A stretch of 64,000 bases of DNA from a bacterium (lineage in GTDB: Bacteria > Zhuqueibacterota > Zhuqueibacteria > Residuimicrobiales > Krinioviventaceae), in the NCBI GenBank assembly GCA_963674595.2, contig CAXXFV010000004.1, forward strand, positions 224,001 to 288,000, written 5' to 3'. This document shows positions 30,601 through 37,219 of this stretch, piece after piece. Each line of letters begins with the position of its first letter. Position 1 is the stretch's first letter. The notes under the pieces are model-generated. The model did not search any database. It saw only the letters and a list, made by a program, of their open reading frames with translations, and was not told the DNA's origin. Position numbers and translations under genes: made by a program.

Positions 30601-31851
30601 GTACTGATCGACAGCATTGGTAACCTGCAATGTAAAAGGTACACCCGCTGTCTGAGTTGAATTCATAACAAGGGCAAAATCGTAAAGAGGGCCTGCCGAC
30701 ACCTGTATAGCACTGCTGGTTTTGGCGATTGTACCGTTCGTTACCGTAATTGTTTGTGTACCGGCAGAGCGGAATTGAAAATTTGAACCGGAAATTGATT
30801 TAATTCCGGCGTCATTTACCGGGTCAAAAGCAACAGGATTTTGGTCATCATAGGTCAATTCGGCACTGTTATCGGTTGACTCAAAATAAATAGTGCCGGC
30901 GTAATTTGTCTTGATATTTTTCCAGGCATCATAAGCGGTAACGGTTACATTACCATCAAGCCCTGAACCGGCATTTGTTGCTGTGTCATCAAGATCTATA
31001 TTATAAGAAGCAAGGGTTGAAGGTTGAATAGAGAACAATCCGGTTGTTCGTGAAAGTCCATTCACCGTTCCCCTTAGCTGAATATTTGTCTCTGCTTTGT
31101 ATAGCCGGACCGTTGCCTCACCTTCACCATTTTTTACAATGACATTGGTTAAAAAAGGCTGTGTAAAACCATCCGGAGCCGTATGTGCCTGACCATCTGA
31201 AAAAGAGAGCTGCACAATACCATCGGTAGGAGAATTGGCATCATCTAGAGCATTTTCAACACGAACGGTAAAATCACTGCCCGCATTAAAAGCCAAATTA
31301 GATACATCAATATCAAAACTGTTGATAGGGTTACCAATATCAAAAGGATCTGACCAGCCCTGATCAATAACAATGTCACTGTGGTCCAATGTTTCAACAA
31401 AAACAACAGCGTCCTGGACAACATCCGGAGGATTAATAATTGAAGTGATTGTTATTGTAAATGTTTCACCTGGCTGCACGGTTGAACCGGTCCCATCACG
31501 TTTACATACAATTTTTTGCAACCCATCTTCACTTACAAATTCGGGGTCATCAAAATTACCACTAAAAATAGTTTGACTGTCACTATAAACCGCGATAACG
31601 GGTGCCAGATCAAAATCGTAAATACTTAGATCAAAACCAATTTTTATACTTCCCTTACTCGGAATAGCGGTTCCGGCAGGATCTGTGGTGATTGTAAAAG
31701 AATAAGTCGATTGTTCACCAACAACGGCATAACGTGGATTAACAACAACTTGCTGCAAAGCGCCTGCAAGTGCGCTGACTGACCACAAAAATAAAAATGG
31801 AAAAATATATTTAAAATACTTGATTCGCATTGTAATTGAACAAAATCTCAT
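21691..31851 (-). CDS. Giant (3386 aa) secreted Ig-like repeat surface protein with T9SS-like FlgD-Ig CTD
   Basis: Signal peptide ending ALA; repeats VTAYDAWKN/VRAIDAYGN, GQxxxWxVxxxxxNxG and STxQxFxV..VxNxG; C-terminal NYPNPF...IFTLTGELV...WDGTNG...NGVYLA...KIAVVK. Alternative start ATG 31830. Confidence 0.85.
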   Translation of the reverse strand: MRFCSITMRIKYFKYIFPFLFLWSVSALAGALQQVVVNPRYAVVGEQSTYSFTITTDPAGTAIPSKGSIKIGFDLSIYDFDLAPVIAVYSDSQTIFSGNFDDPEFVSEDGLQKIVCKRDGTGSTVQPGETFTITITSIINPPDVVQDAVVFVETLDHSDIVIDQGWSDPFDIGNPINSFDIDVSNLAFNAGSDFTVRVENALDDANSPTDGIVQLSFSDGQAHTAPDGFTQPFLTNVIVKNGEGEATVRLYKAETNIQLRGTVNGLSRTTGLFSIQPSTLASYNIDLDDTATNAGSGLDGNVTVTAYDAWKNIKTNYAGTIYFESTDNSAELTYDDQNPVAFDPVNDAGIKSISGSNFQFRSAGTQTITVTNGTIAKTSSAIQVSAGPLYDFALVMNSTQTAGVPFTLQVTNAVDQYLNPVSGNIVISAAIGGSSSPNGDAPRFTKIPVVNGTGEAEQTLYRVESVTLRGVDQTTGVTKTTGTITVLPGSLAKFELSNYPTSVAAGNSFNTDVIVRAIDAYGNEKTNYSGLIYFTSTDGSATLPGSTNFTSHPMVFGGNNFVFNTPGTQTFTVHDQSLGISTQSSSITVSALNILSITSATDRVSQGQSNVQVSMRVQNSGSQQITLTSAVLQFRSGTVDRDIDYQVPAFETRSIAANQIATLQFLVDVASTAALEVITINGQLDGLVGTSSISTIFTNPNPAWIVQQAANLAINSISIEDNQLAQGSRGIELQTQVSNNLNFTNSAPADLISSQFQFINNLEDVTSQFSVVIYDGNPETVDGGAVQALTYYITVTDQADLGNITVRQTINYSDANSGIEKQVVTQIPNLFQVVEGSSLEFTELTASQSTVTAGQLADWTVLMGIHNTGGIDLTLSIDTDKTYIRFKRGGTDYTESEYNISTPTALVEGGLTIPAGETRHLQFTVNETGTTTGPIDIYGRVEATNQIYTNSNISDVFGGFEVQTADDLRILDIIPSQTTATAGDATHPWTVAVVLKNQGGSTIEMDFDTSVLQFSNDTFVHNCSDALQNLGSQLKSNETDTLVFSVTETGSQVGDVLIGANIHYKNVNTQAAKEITASEAMKAVVSIQEASDFKITNIKAVPEFVTFGVEPNWWVTVHVANDGGADVEIDLTNAENTWVRLLQEGVHQQDFTFTLPEKLSASNSIILKAGESDSLIFKATTIGNVLGDLFGQAQVRVREPNRNQFFVEQFTSSTKIITVQEPANIEYVENSLQPTTVSAGAQVGFTVDVSNIGGSDLILNTSQTKFQFNDGLHFFSAALDPAYDNRVPGGQTVTINFLRTLIPLAFQKGQYLPQLIISGTENNNAFSDNIELTTSLTVSDPGKFSLNHIVASTPSVTIGQTNQWKIDFILVNNGSNNLQYDTAELTFSQGTNDVSEYFTFDIPNSFVSESNILSAGQTDTIRIAVTNVSAETPNQQTVLNGSVFMTDLVNTDDHPESTLPRGDEIQVQNPAELEFTRLHLSQSSITRGQTTPWKVTLHLENAGEADLLLDSENTKLSFGIGDEYFNFTKPGFFDGSNSKILSGGSRDSLIYNVQLTSAEESIVGITTVNATVRMTEVNRNLIYSFSTAPGNGQVSLAIQDSAAIRLDQVIIDVPSDSFVNSEQSFYVKALVTNPGNPESGDTVQQTTIRFYSESDVFQFSPEGQTFNIESLGPGESVWTEPGVRVNAPDLPGFKDNLVAKVETAIARNTKQSAKILTPLDSSITVHVQEPGNLVLHQVYTSVDTVIPGTSVDWQIFLDVENNTEQGGSLKLKQPTKDDITFNPGEGYVFSPRAVTEDDLVLKGGERDTLIFDVTSNGPAGGEITITGKVSATDLNDANRTIATQAKQTSVQATNRSNVMLVKTFVDPDLPVVVNDTGYVNISQDLIIKVMVQNVGAQELDTVKVQLTAPSSAIINGIKESHRLGVGQTDTLTFNLTAADAENLTGEKIEAHIIRAVARDGSIADISSSNDNFSIIKIHEPARLQIIAVENLAPSSEGTVNTGQSFDVSVKVKNTGSEAAKDVQVSLGTSSETLGKVLTSPITFAQNIQGNQEQELSFRITAGSESGNVEFTANINNALGVHNNQGVTILDPEGNNITQAIVENPAVFEILSVSPQEDIINAGDELVNWNIFVQVTNTGSSDLEFVNINAENIVFSINDVVDADYDIAPPQKLKNQVGLVLPGGAIDSLVYIVRNNGKLAGTGKIDVALQARDKNLPTDSPVLTDNASADIIVRSVNARVQVKDTEIVCNTFDNNGIGLVNRGQAFQVQVKVKAGQVLGVDSVKVELDSREVTSNTVLSMVKPDTVIIPRIAKDSTAYAVFDVTAVNDLGVNEELSELYTAKILSAKAIGSDEIAQIQEPDADDDQARIRIQEPARVNISVFPANSADSVVTASSKFKVTVKVERLGTSQVKDGNFVFTPPEGYRIFDGIDYITDPQTANFSLTGDDVSKEVNYELESPDTDTAPLAVKAAITETPKDLNTLEDALIEVEEDSFLVETKTSILLIDYFTIIEPEGAKDSVLSTEQTLQLEAKVKTSKNLTNRKVKLLLPAIAGSRRYSLADDDSLEKTVDQDSATLSWTIFAPSAEVSDNHTLQLELKGEENGKEKVSKASITIKKVVTKAILNLEALSVIPLTTMTDGATYLSTGQTATLQARVTNLGSAGLDPETAKGKLKLDLLDSGLSLADGESATKDFDINENIGWTITAPNEVLQNKRVKVEIDSDSVPKDENSNKSVEVETNTRELIVYTQEGGYISVDSLWVSNPVGARDNKLSTNQTFYITAEISSGQVAEDISAQIIFSSEEFDAVNPVNQDIAVGDDQRVTWKVTAPGVTGDGNVQIKVNAKDLRSGADLEIFSDAMDITVENQAVVSITPKISAPEGLVDRVSTSQYFTLTTSITNSGDAGFADTDSFVVELAPLPVGFSLSGERRLSVTVADVKNNIFPEWELQAPAAKPEGLSKFEFNFIQAPVDQNSGTNAKISKDTETFTLQTLNKAGVELLASMDQDVFIDSGTVRVGSEFQVVSYLSNIGESDLIGSYQVKIKLSDNGFTTKGDTIKTAAGANDAISWTIQAPKYKTDVPDTIKFYLLEAPNDTYTKQQASIDKDLAKILVSSEAGMVVIEPYVLQEKSVVSKGSQNVKMMGFKARNKDAASSSVSIIDSLKIFVKDKKGEPVSPASVFSRVAAVRHSDPAHVFAWQTNFGTDFILLDLKSNLPDTLKGTEPDSIDIVADIGNVGSAYGFQLYINSPENIRASDVSGLPLTIVDSNYNQVLDLGISSKLSVVVEEQLEKTFCNYPNPFGRPDRTETKFLYYLSQPSDVEIKIFTLTGELVRSWSFSKSSDQLQTSEGVHQGDVIWDGTNGQNFRVMNGVYLAYIITETETAITKIAVVK

Positions 31852-32303
31852 TTATTAATTCGCATAACCCGATTTTTACTTTTATTAACATTGGGTATTA
31901 ATTTCTTCTTGTCTATTAACAAGTCAAACCCGTATTCGGTCTCCATGTTTGAGGGAGAAATAACATCCGCTACAATAATATCACAATCTTGATTAGCCGG
32001 TAAACTATTTCCGAGTCCGGTTCTTTTCAAAAAAACAGTATCCTGTTTTACGTTTATTGTAAAACCGCCCTTCAATTTAGAAGACGCTGCCATAATAACC
32101 GTAGAAAGTTGAAACTCCCTGGGAAATATAATAGCTATTTCAGCATCAGATCGAATTTCATTTTCTGCTCGAAATTCAAATTTGTAAGCGGCAGGTTTAT
32201 TGGGCTTTGTGTGTGCTGCTGAGACACGTAAGCCCTGTGCCTGTAAACCACCGGCAATACATAATACAAAAAATACTAATCTGTATAATTTCATATATTT
32301 CAC
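31848..32303 (-). CDS. Small secreted protein homologous to the N-terminal domain of the giant protein
   Basis: Signal peptide (GLQA-Q); YKFEF...IIFPREFQL...LKRTGLG...IIVADVISP aligns by eye with YSFTI...IGFD...CKRDGTG...ITITSIINP of 21691..31851. Confidence 0.7.
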   Translation of the reverse strand: MKYMKLYRLVFFVLCIAGGLQAQGLRVSAAHTKPNKPAAYKFEFRAENEIRSDAEIAIIFPREFQLSTVIMAASSKLKGGFTINVKQDTVFLKRTGLGNSLPANQDCDIIVADVISPSNMETEYGFDLLIDKKKLIPNVNKSKNRVMRINK

Positions 32304-32358
32304 AAGCTATTTTTATTGAATTTGGTTACTATTCATTTATAAAACATATATTCTGATC

Positions 32359-32423
32359 ATTTAGTTTCCTTTTTTTCCACTGTTTCACAGCAAACAAAAG
32401 TGTTTAACAAAGGAACACTAAAT
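32359..32423 (-). promoter_or_regulatory. Long imperfect hairpin in the 5' leader of the giant-protein operon
   Basis: ATTTAGTTTCCTTT pairs with AAAGGAACACTAAAT (one bulge); inner CACT/AGTG and TGTTT/AAACA pairs. Confidence 0.45.
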
Positions 32424-32461
32424 AGCTCTAAAGTCTGATTTTTAAAGGCTTTTAATTAATC

Positions 32462-32477
32462 AGCAAACTTTATACCA
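32462..32477 (-). promoter_or_regulatory. Putative sigma54 (-24/-12) promoter
   Basis: Minus strand TGGTATAAAGTTTGCT = GG-N10-GC with TGG and TTGC flanks, ~160 bp upstream of the 32303 start. Confidence 0.55.
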
Positions 32478-32607
32478 CAGTAAATATACGGGATTCAGTC
32501 ACGAAAACTGTGATGAATAATACATTTCTTCATTTTTTAAATTTGTAATTTTTTTCCATAAGGCATGGCCAAGAGCCGTTTGTTGCCTGTCAAAGTTGCC
32601 TAATCTA

Positions 32608-32638
32608 TAAACAGCCACTCAGTTTTTAATGAGGCTGT
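32608..32638 (-). terminator. Possible terminator after the TPR gene
   Basis: Minus strand ACAGCCTCA...TGAGTGGCTGT imperfect hairpin followed by only a short U tract. Confidence 0.4.
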
Positions 32639-32705
32639 ATTGGTGTGAGAATAATTTAATCTAAAATATTTATACAAAAATTGCAACAAAATAATTAATT
32701 ATTTT

Positions 32706-33854
32706 TTATTTAAACAATGCTCTCAGCAAAATCAAAAAGCCACGAACATCATTTTCCAAAAGTTTTAAATTTTGTGAGGCTTTTTCAAAATCCGGATTTA
32801 TTTTTAATGCTTCCCGGAATTCATCTGTCGATTTTATAAAAAAATGCCATGATTTGATCATGTATGCAATGCCAAGACTTTGATGTAAATCAGCATAATC
32901 CGGATATTGCGAAATAGACTTTTCCATGGTTTTTAAATAATGATCGAGTGATTTATTATCCTTGTCCAAACCGGCAAACAAATACTGAAGATAAAATTCG
33001 CTGTCAACAATACTGCTTTTGCTGGTAAAACTGGTGGATTTGGAAGCACCTTTGATAAGGTCAAAAGCCTGTTGAATTTTATCCTTTTCATCCAGTAAAT
33101 CAATACCTTTATCAAAAAGCTCAATATCATATACATCCGGCGACAGTGATTTGGCTTTTTGCAGATATCCAACAGCTTCTTTAATGCGCTCTATAGGCGG
33201 AACCAAATCCTTATTTTTTGGATCAAGAATGCAACTCTCTAACAGTAAAAGTCCCAGTTCAAAATAGGCTTTATGGTAATCGGGATTTATTTCAAAAGAT
33301 TTTTTAATATGTTCAATCCCGGCAAGGACATTCTTTAACATCCATTGACATTTTCCATACAACAGTTGCAAATCGGCATATTCGGGATTTTTGTCAACTG
33401 CTATTTCAAGTTTTTCAATGGCTTTATCATATTCTTTGTTATAAAAAAGAGCCTTACCATGTTCATAATTACAACAGTCCTTATCAGATCCGAGCTCCGA
33501 TGCCTGTTCAAAAGCTGCAATTGCTTCTGAGAAAAATCCTTTTTCCAGAAAAAGTAATCCCAATCTTTTTACGGATGAAAATTGTTTGGAGGATTCTACT
33601 TTAGTGGCTACATCAAATAATAACTCAATATCAGACAAGACCAAATCATGAAATTGTTTTACTTCTCTTTTTAATCTGGATGAAGAAATATCATCTTTGG
33701 ATAGAGGCGCTTCCCGTGTATCCAAAAGGGCGCCAGCATCGAAAATACATGATACGGCTAACTGATTGTCGCTGTTATAACTTGTTTGAATGTGAAGTTG
33801 ACGATTGCCAACTTTGAGATTGCTATTCAAACCAATTTCGTCTGACATAATCAA
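32706..33854 (-). CDS. TPR protein with N-terminal GxNxN...HxQT domain
   Basis: IGLNSNLKVGNRQLHIQT N-terminus; TPRs with NPEYADL, NPDYHKA, YPDYADL, NPDFEKA. Confidence 0.8.
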   Translation of the reverse strand: MIMSDEIGLNSNLKVGNRQLHIQTSYNSDNQLAVSCIFDAGALLDTREAPLSKDDISSSRLKREVKQFHDLVLSDIELLFDVATKVESSKQFSSVKRLGLLFLEKGFFSEAIAAFEQASELGSDKDCCNYEHGKALFYNKEYDKAIEKLEIAVDKNPEYADLQLLYGKCQWMLKNVLAGIEHIKKSFEINPDYHKAYFELGLLLLESCILDPKNKDLVPPIERIKEAVGYLQKAKSLSPDVYDIELFDKGIDLLDEKDKIQQAFDLIKGASKSTSFTSKSSIVDSEFYLQYLFAGLDKDNKSLDHYLKTMEKSISQYPDYADLHQSLGIAYMIKSWHFFIKSTDEFREALKINPDFEKASQNLKLLENDVRGFLILLRALFK

Positions 33855-33910
33855 TTCTCTTTTTTAATTTATTATTTAACAAGAACAATTAATATAAAAT
33901 TATTCTCATG

Positions 33911-35104
33911 TTATTTCAACGATAAAAGCCCGTTTTCAATCCGATCCAACGCTTTTTTCAGGACATCCATAGATGTCGCAAAGGACAGCCTGACGTGTTT
34001 ATCCATACCGAAAGCAATACCCGGTACTATAGCAACATTAAATTTTTCTAAAAGATAGCGACACAGATCAACTGACGAATTTATAGCTATATCATTATAA
34101 AATTTACCAAAATAGGCGCTAATTTCTGGAAAAGCGTAAAAAGCGCCATCCGGTATATTACATGTTACATTCGGAATGGCATTAAGCCGTCCACAAACAT
34201 AATCCCTCCGCTCTGTAAAAGCTTTGTTCATTGTTTGTATAAAGTCTTTACTGCCTTTATAAGCTGAAAACGCGGCTTTTTGAGAAATCGAGGCCGGATT
34301 AGAGGTACTATGCCCCTGGTATTTCTTTACAGCCGCTGCAACATTTTTATTTGCCGCTAAAAATCCGATTCTCCAGCCTGTCATTGCAAAACTTTTCGAA
34401 ACACCGTTAACAAGCAAAAGTTGGTCCTTCAGGTCTTTATATTTAGTAAAACTCGTAAATTTTAAATTATCATATAAAATATTATCATAAATTTCGTCTG
34501 ACAAAATATAAATACCTGTTTCCCGAATAACATCAGCAATTTCATCCAGTTCCTGTTCGCTATAAACAGCGCCTGAAGGATTATTAGGGGAATTGAGTAT
34601 CAGTAATTTTGTTTTGTTTGTTATGGAATTTTTCAACTGTTTCGCTGTTATTTTTAATTTGTTTTTTTCATTGCTCTCCATTTCACAAACAACAGCACCC
34701 GGTAATTTAATTTGTTCAGGGTAACTGACCCAATAGGGTTTTGGAAGCAGTACCTCATCACCAGGATCACAAACAGCACATATAGCCTGATAAACAGCAT
34801 GTTTACCGCCGCTGGTAATTATTATTTCCGAAGCATCATATTCTGCCTGATATTGTTCCAGCAACCAGGCAGCAATAGCATCTTTTAAATCAAGAGAACC
34901 ATCGGCAGGTGTATATTTTGTAAAACCTTGCTGAATCGCCTGAATAGCCGCATCTTTAATATGTTGAGGGGTATCAAAATCAGGTTCACCGGCACCAAGA
35001 GTAACAATATCTTTGCCTTCTCGCTGCATTTTAGCTAAAAGACCACTCAACGCAACTGTTTGCGATTCTGCAATATTTTTAAATCTTTTTGAAATTTCAG
35101 GCAT
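33911..35104 (-). CDS. aspC: PLP-dependent aminotransferase class I/II (aspartate aminotransferase-like)
   Basis: GAGEPDFDTP, NSPNNPSG, SDEIY, GVSKSFAMTGWRIG. Likely start MPEISKR at 35104 (the ORF extends to 35155). Confidence 0.9.
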   Translation of the reverse strand: MPEISKRFKNIAESQTVALSGLLAKMQREGKDIVTLGAGEPDFDTPQHIKDAAIQAIQQGFTKYTPADGSLDLKDAIAAWLLEQYQAEYDASEIIITSGGKHAVYQAICAVCDPGDEVLLPKPYWVSYPEQIKLPGAVVCEMESNEKNKLKITAKQLKNSITNKTKLLILNSPNNPSGAVYSEQELDEIADVIRETGIYILSDEIYDNILYDNLKFTSFTKYKDLKDQLLLVNGVSKSFAMTGWRIGFLAANKNVAAAVKKYQGHSTSNPASISQKAAFSAYKGSKDFIQTMNKAFTERRDYVCGRLNAIPNVTCNIPDGAFYAFPEISAYFGKFYNDIAINSSVDLCRYLLEKFNVAIVPGIAFGMDKHVRLSFATSMDVLKKALDRIENGLLSLK

Positions 35105-35127
35105 ATTATTCTTTATAAAACAAATAG

Positions 35128-36105
35128 TTAATTTGCTTTCAAGCTGCAAATACAAGCCACATTTATAATATCTTCAACCTTACATCCGCGTGACAGATCA
35201 TTCGCAGGTTTTGCCAGGCCCTGAATAATGGGTCCGATTGCTTCTGCACCGGCCAACCGTTCCACCAGCTTGTAACCAATATTGCCTGCCTGAAGGTCCG
35301 GGAAAATTAGTACGTTAGCTTTGCCGGCAACTGCGCTTCCCGGTGCTTTTTTAGAACCCACGGCTTCAACCAAAGCAGCATCAGCCTGCATTTCGCCGTC
35401 TATCTTGAGCACCGGATTTGCTTCCCGGGCCAAAGCAAGGGCTTTTTGCACTTTTTCAACATTAGGATGTTGGGCACTCCCCATTGTCGAAAAGGACAGC
35501 ATGGCAACAACAGGTTCTTCACCTGTTAAACTCTGGTGTGTATTCGCAGAGGCTAAAGCAATATCAGCAAGTTGTTCTGCCGTTGGATCCGGAATTACAG
35601 CACAATCGGCAAAAGTCATCATTCTTCCATCTTTTAATGCCATTAAAAAGGTACTTGAAACGGAAGAAAATCCTTTGGCAACACCAATTATCTGAATAGC
35701 TGCGCGTAATACATCTCCGGTTGTGTTAACCGCACCGGCAACACTTGCCGCTGCTCTTTCTTTTTTTACAACCATGGCAGCATAATATAACGGATCAGCC
35801 AAAATTTTTGCCGCTTTTTCAGAATCCATACCTTTATGTTTTCGAAGTTCCACAAATGTTTCTATATAATCATTTTTAGAACTATCGGTTTCAGGATCGA
35901 TTATTTCAATATCAGAGATATTTACATTTATTTCAGCAGCAATTTTTTGAATTTCACTGGTATTTCCGACGAGTATGGGATTTACATATTTATCATCTTT
36001 ACAAATTCTAACAGCTTTTATAATCCGTTCATCGGTTGCTTCAGGAAAAACGATGGTTTTAATATTTTCTTTTGCTTTTTGCTGGATTTGAGATAAAATA
36101 TTCAT
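35128..36105 (-). CDS. pta: Phosphate acetyltransferase
   Basis: [39 protein letters not shown]. Confidence 0.95.
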   Translation of the reverse strand: MNILSQIQQKAKENIKTIVFPEATDERIIKAVRICKDDKYVNPILVGNTSEIQKIAAEINVNISDIEIIDPETDSSKNDYIETFVELRKHKGMDSEKAAKILADPLYYAAMVVKKERAAASVAGAVNTTGDVLRAAIQIIGVAKGFSSVSSTFLMALKDGRMMTFADCAVIPDPTAEQLADIALASANTHQSLTGEEPVVAMLSFSTMGSAQHPNVEKVQKALALAREANPVLKIDGEMQADAALVEAVGSKKAPGSAVAGKANVLIFPDLQAGNIGYKLVERLAGAEAIGPIIQGLAKPANDLSRGCKVEDIINVACICSLKAN

Positions 36106-36584
36106 CAGGACCTCAATTTTTTAAAAAGTAATTGTTCAACATGTTGAGGAACAAAACAGGAAATTTCCCCGCCAAACCTTGCTAATTCTTTGACAATACT
36201 TGAATTTAAATAAGAATATTTTTCATGCGGCATCAAAAAAACAGTAACCAGCTCTTCATCCAACTTGCGGTTAACAAGAGCCATCTGAAATTCATATTCA
36301 AAATCGGATACGGCTCTGAGCCCACGTATTACGGCGTTTGCTTTACATTTTTTGGCATAATTAACAAGTAAACCGTTAAAGCTGTCAACCTGGACCTTTG
36401 GAAATTCTTTAACAGAATATTTAATAAGATCCATTCTTTCTTCTTCGTTAAAAAGAGGTTTTTTATTAATATTAACAGCAACAGATACGATAACTTTGTC
36501 AAAAAGTGTACAGGCACGTTTTATAATATCAATATGCCCGTAAGTTATTGGATCAAATGATCCTGGATATAAGGCGATTTTCAT
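36105..36584 (-). CDS. coaD: Pantetheine-phosphate adenylyltransferase
   Basis: [30 protein letters not shown]. Start taken at MKIAL (36584). Confidence 0.97.
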   Translation of the reverse strand: MKIALYPGSFDPITYGHIDIIKRACTLFDKVIVSVAVNINKKPLFNEEERMDLIKYSVKEFPKVQVDSFNGLLVNYAKKCKANAVIRGLRAVSDFEYEFQMALVNRKLDEELVTVFLMPHEKYSYLNSSIVKELARFGGEISCFVPQHVEQLLFKKLRS

Positions 36585-36588
36585 GTTG

Positions 36589-37140
36589 TTACTCAACATT
36601 GTATTGGTAAATTATTATTTGGGTATCACCAAAATTTTTTTGTTTAAATATTTGGAATGTATCAGATACTGAGATAGTATTCTGGGGACCAGTTTCACAT
36701 ATTAGGAAACACTTTTTTTGTAAAATATTTAATTGATCCATTTTCAAGAGCAATTCAGATAATTTTTTATAATTATAAGGCGGATCACAGAACACCAGGT
36801 CAAAAGACCAGTTTTTTTGTTGAGAAAATTTTAAAAATGATTCGGCGTTCATTCGAAAGGTTTGAGCCTGACATCCACACTTTTCAATATTTCTCCTGAC
36901 AAAATCAAGCGATTTGGATGAAGAATCAACAAATTTACATTCTCCGGCACCCCGGCTTAATGCTTCAATGCCGAGATTTCCACTTCCGGCAAATAAATCT
37001 AAAACATGATTATCTTTAATTTGTTGGTTTAAAACAGAAAAAATATACTCTTTTACTCTATTTGTCGTTGGGCGAACGCTGTTACCTGGTGGAGTAAAAA
37101 GCTTAAAACCTTTATATTGTCCGGTAATAACACGTATCAT
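36589..37140 (-). CDS. rsmD: 16S rRNA m2G966 methyltransferase
   Basis: RVITG, RPTTNRVKE, LDLFAGSG, EALSRGA, DPPY; adjacent to coaD. Start taken at MIRVI (37140). Confidence 0.93.
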   Translation of the reverse strand: MIRVITGQYKGFKLFTPPGNSVRPTTNRVKEYIFSVLNQQIKDNHVLDLFAGSGNLGIEALSRGAGECKFVDSSSKSLDFVRRNIEKCGCQAQTFRMNAESFLKFSQQKNWSFDLVFCDPPYNYKKLSELLLKMDQLNILQKKCFLICETGPQNTISVSDTFQIFKQKNFGDTQIIIYQYNVE

Positions 37141-37151
37141 ATTAAATATAT

Positions 37152-37210
37152 GAAAGCCCCTCGATACTATCAACTAAAATGATAGCATCAAAAGGGGCAA
37201 ACTTTTTTTT
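37152..37210. terminator. Long hairpin, probable terminator between the pil-like cluster and rsmD
   Basis: GCCCCT/AGGGGC, GAT/ATC and CTATCA/TGATAG pairings (37156-37198) with T runs on both sides. Confidence 0.55.
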
Positions 37211-37219
37211 AAATATAGT

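Noticed and set aside
32555-32610. Possible c-di-GMP riboswitch upstream of the surface-protein operon
   Set aside because: GGCAAC repeats are present, but the GEMM pattern (GGCAAAC...GAAA...GACGCAAA) is not.
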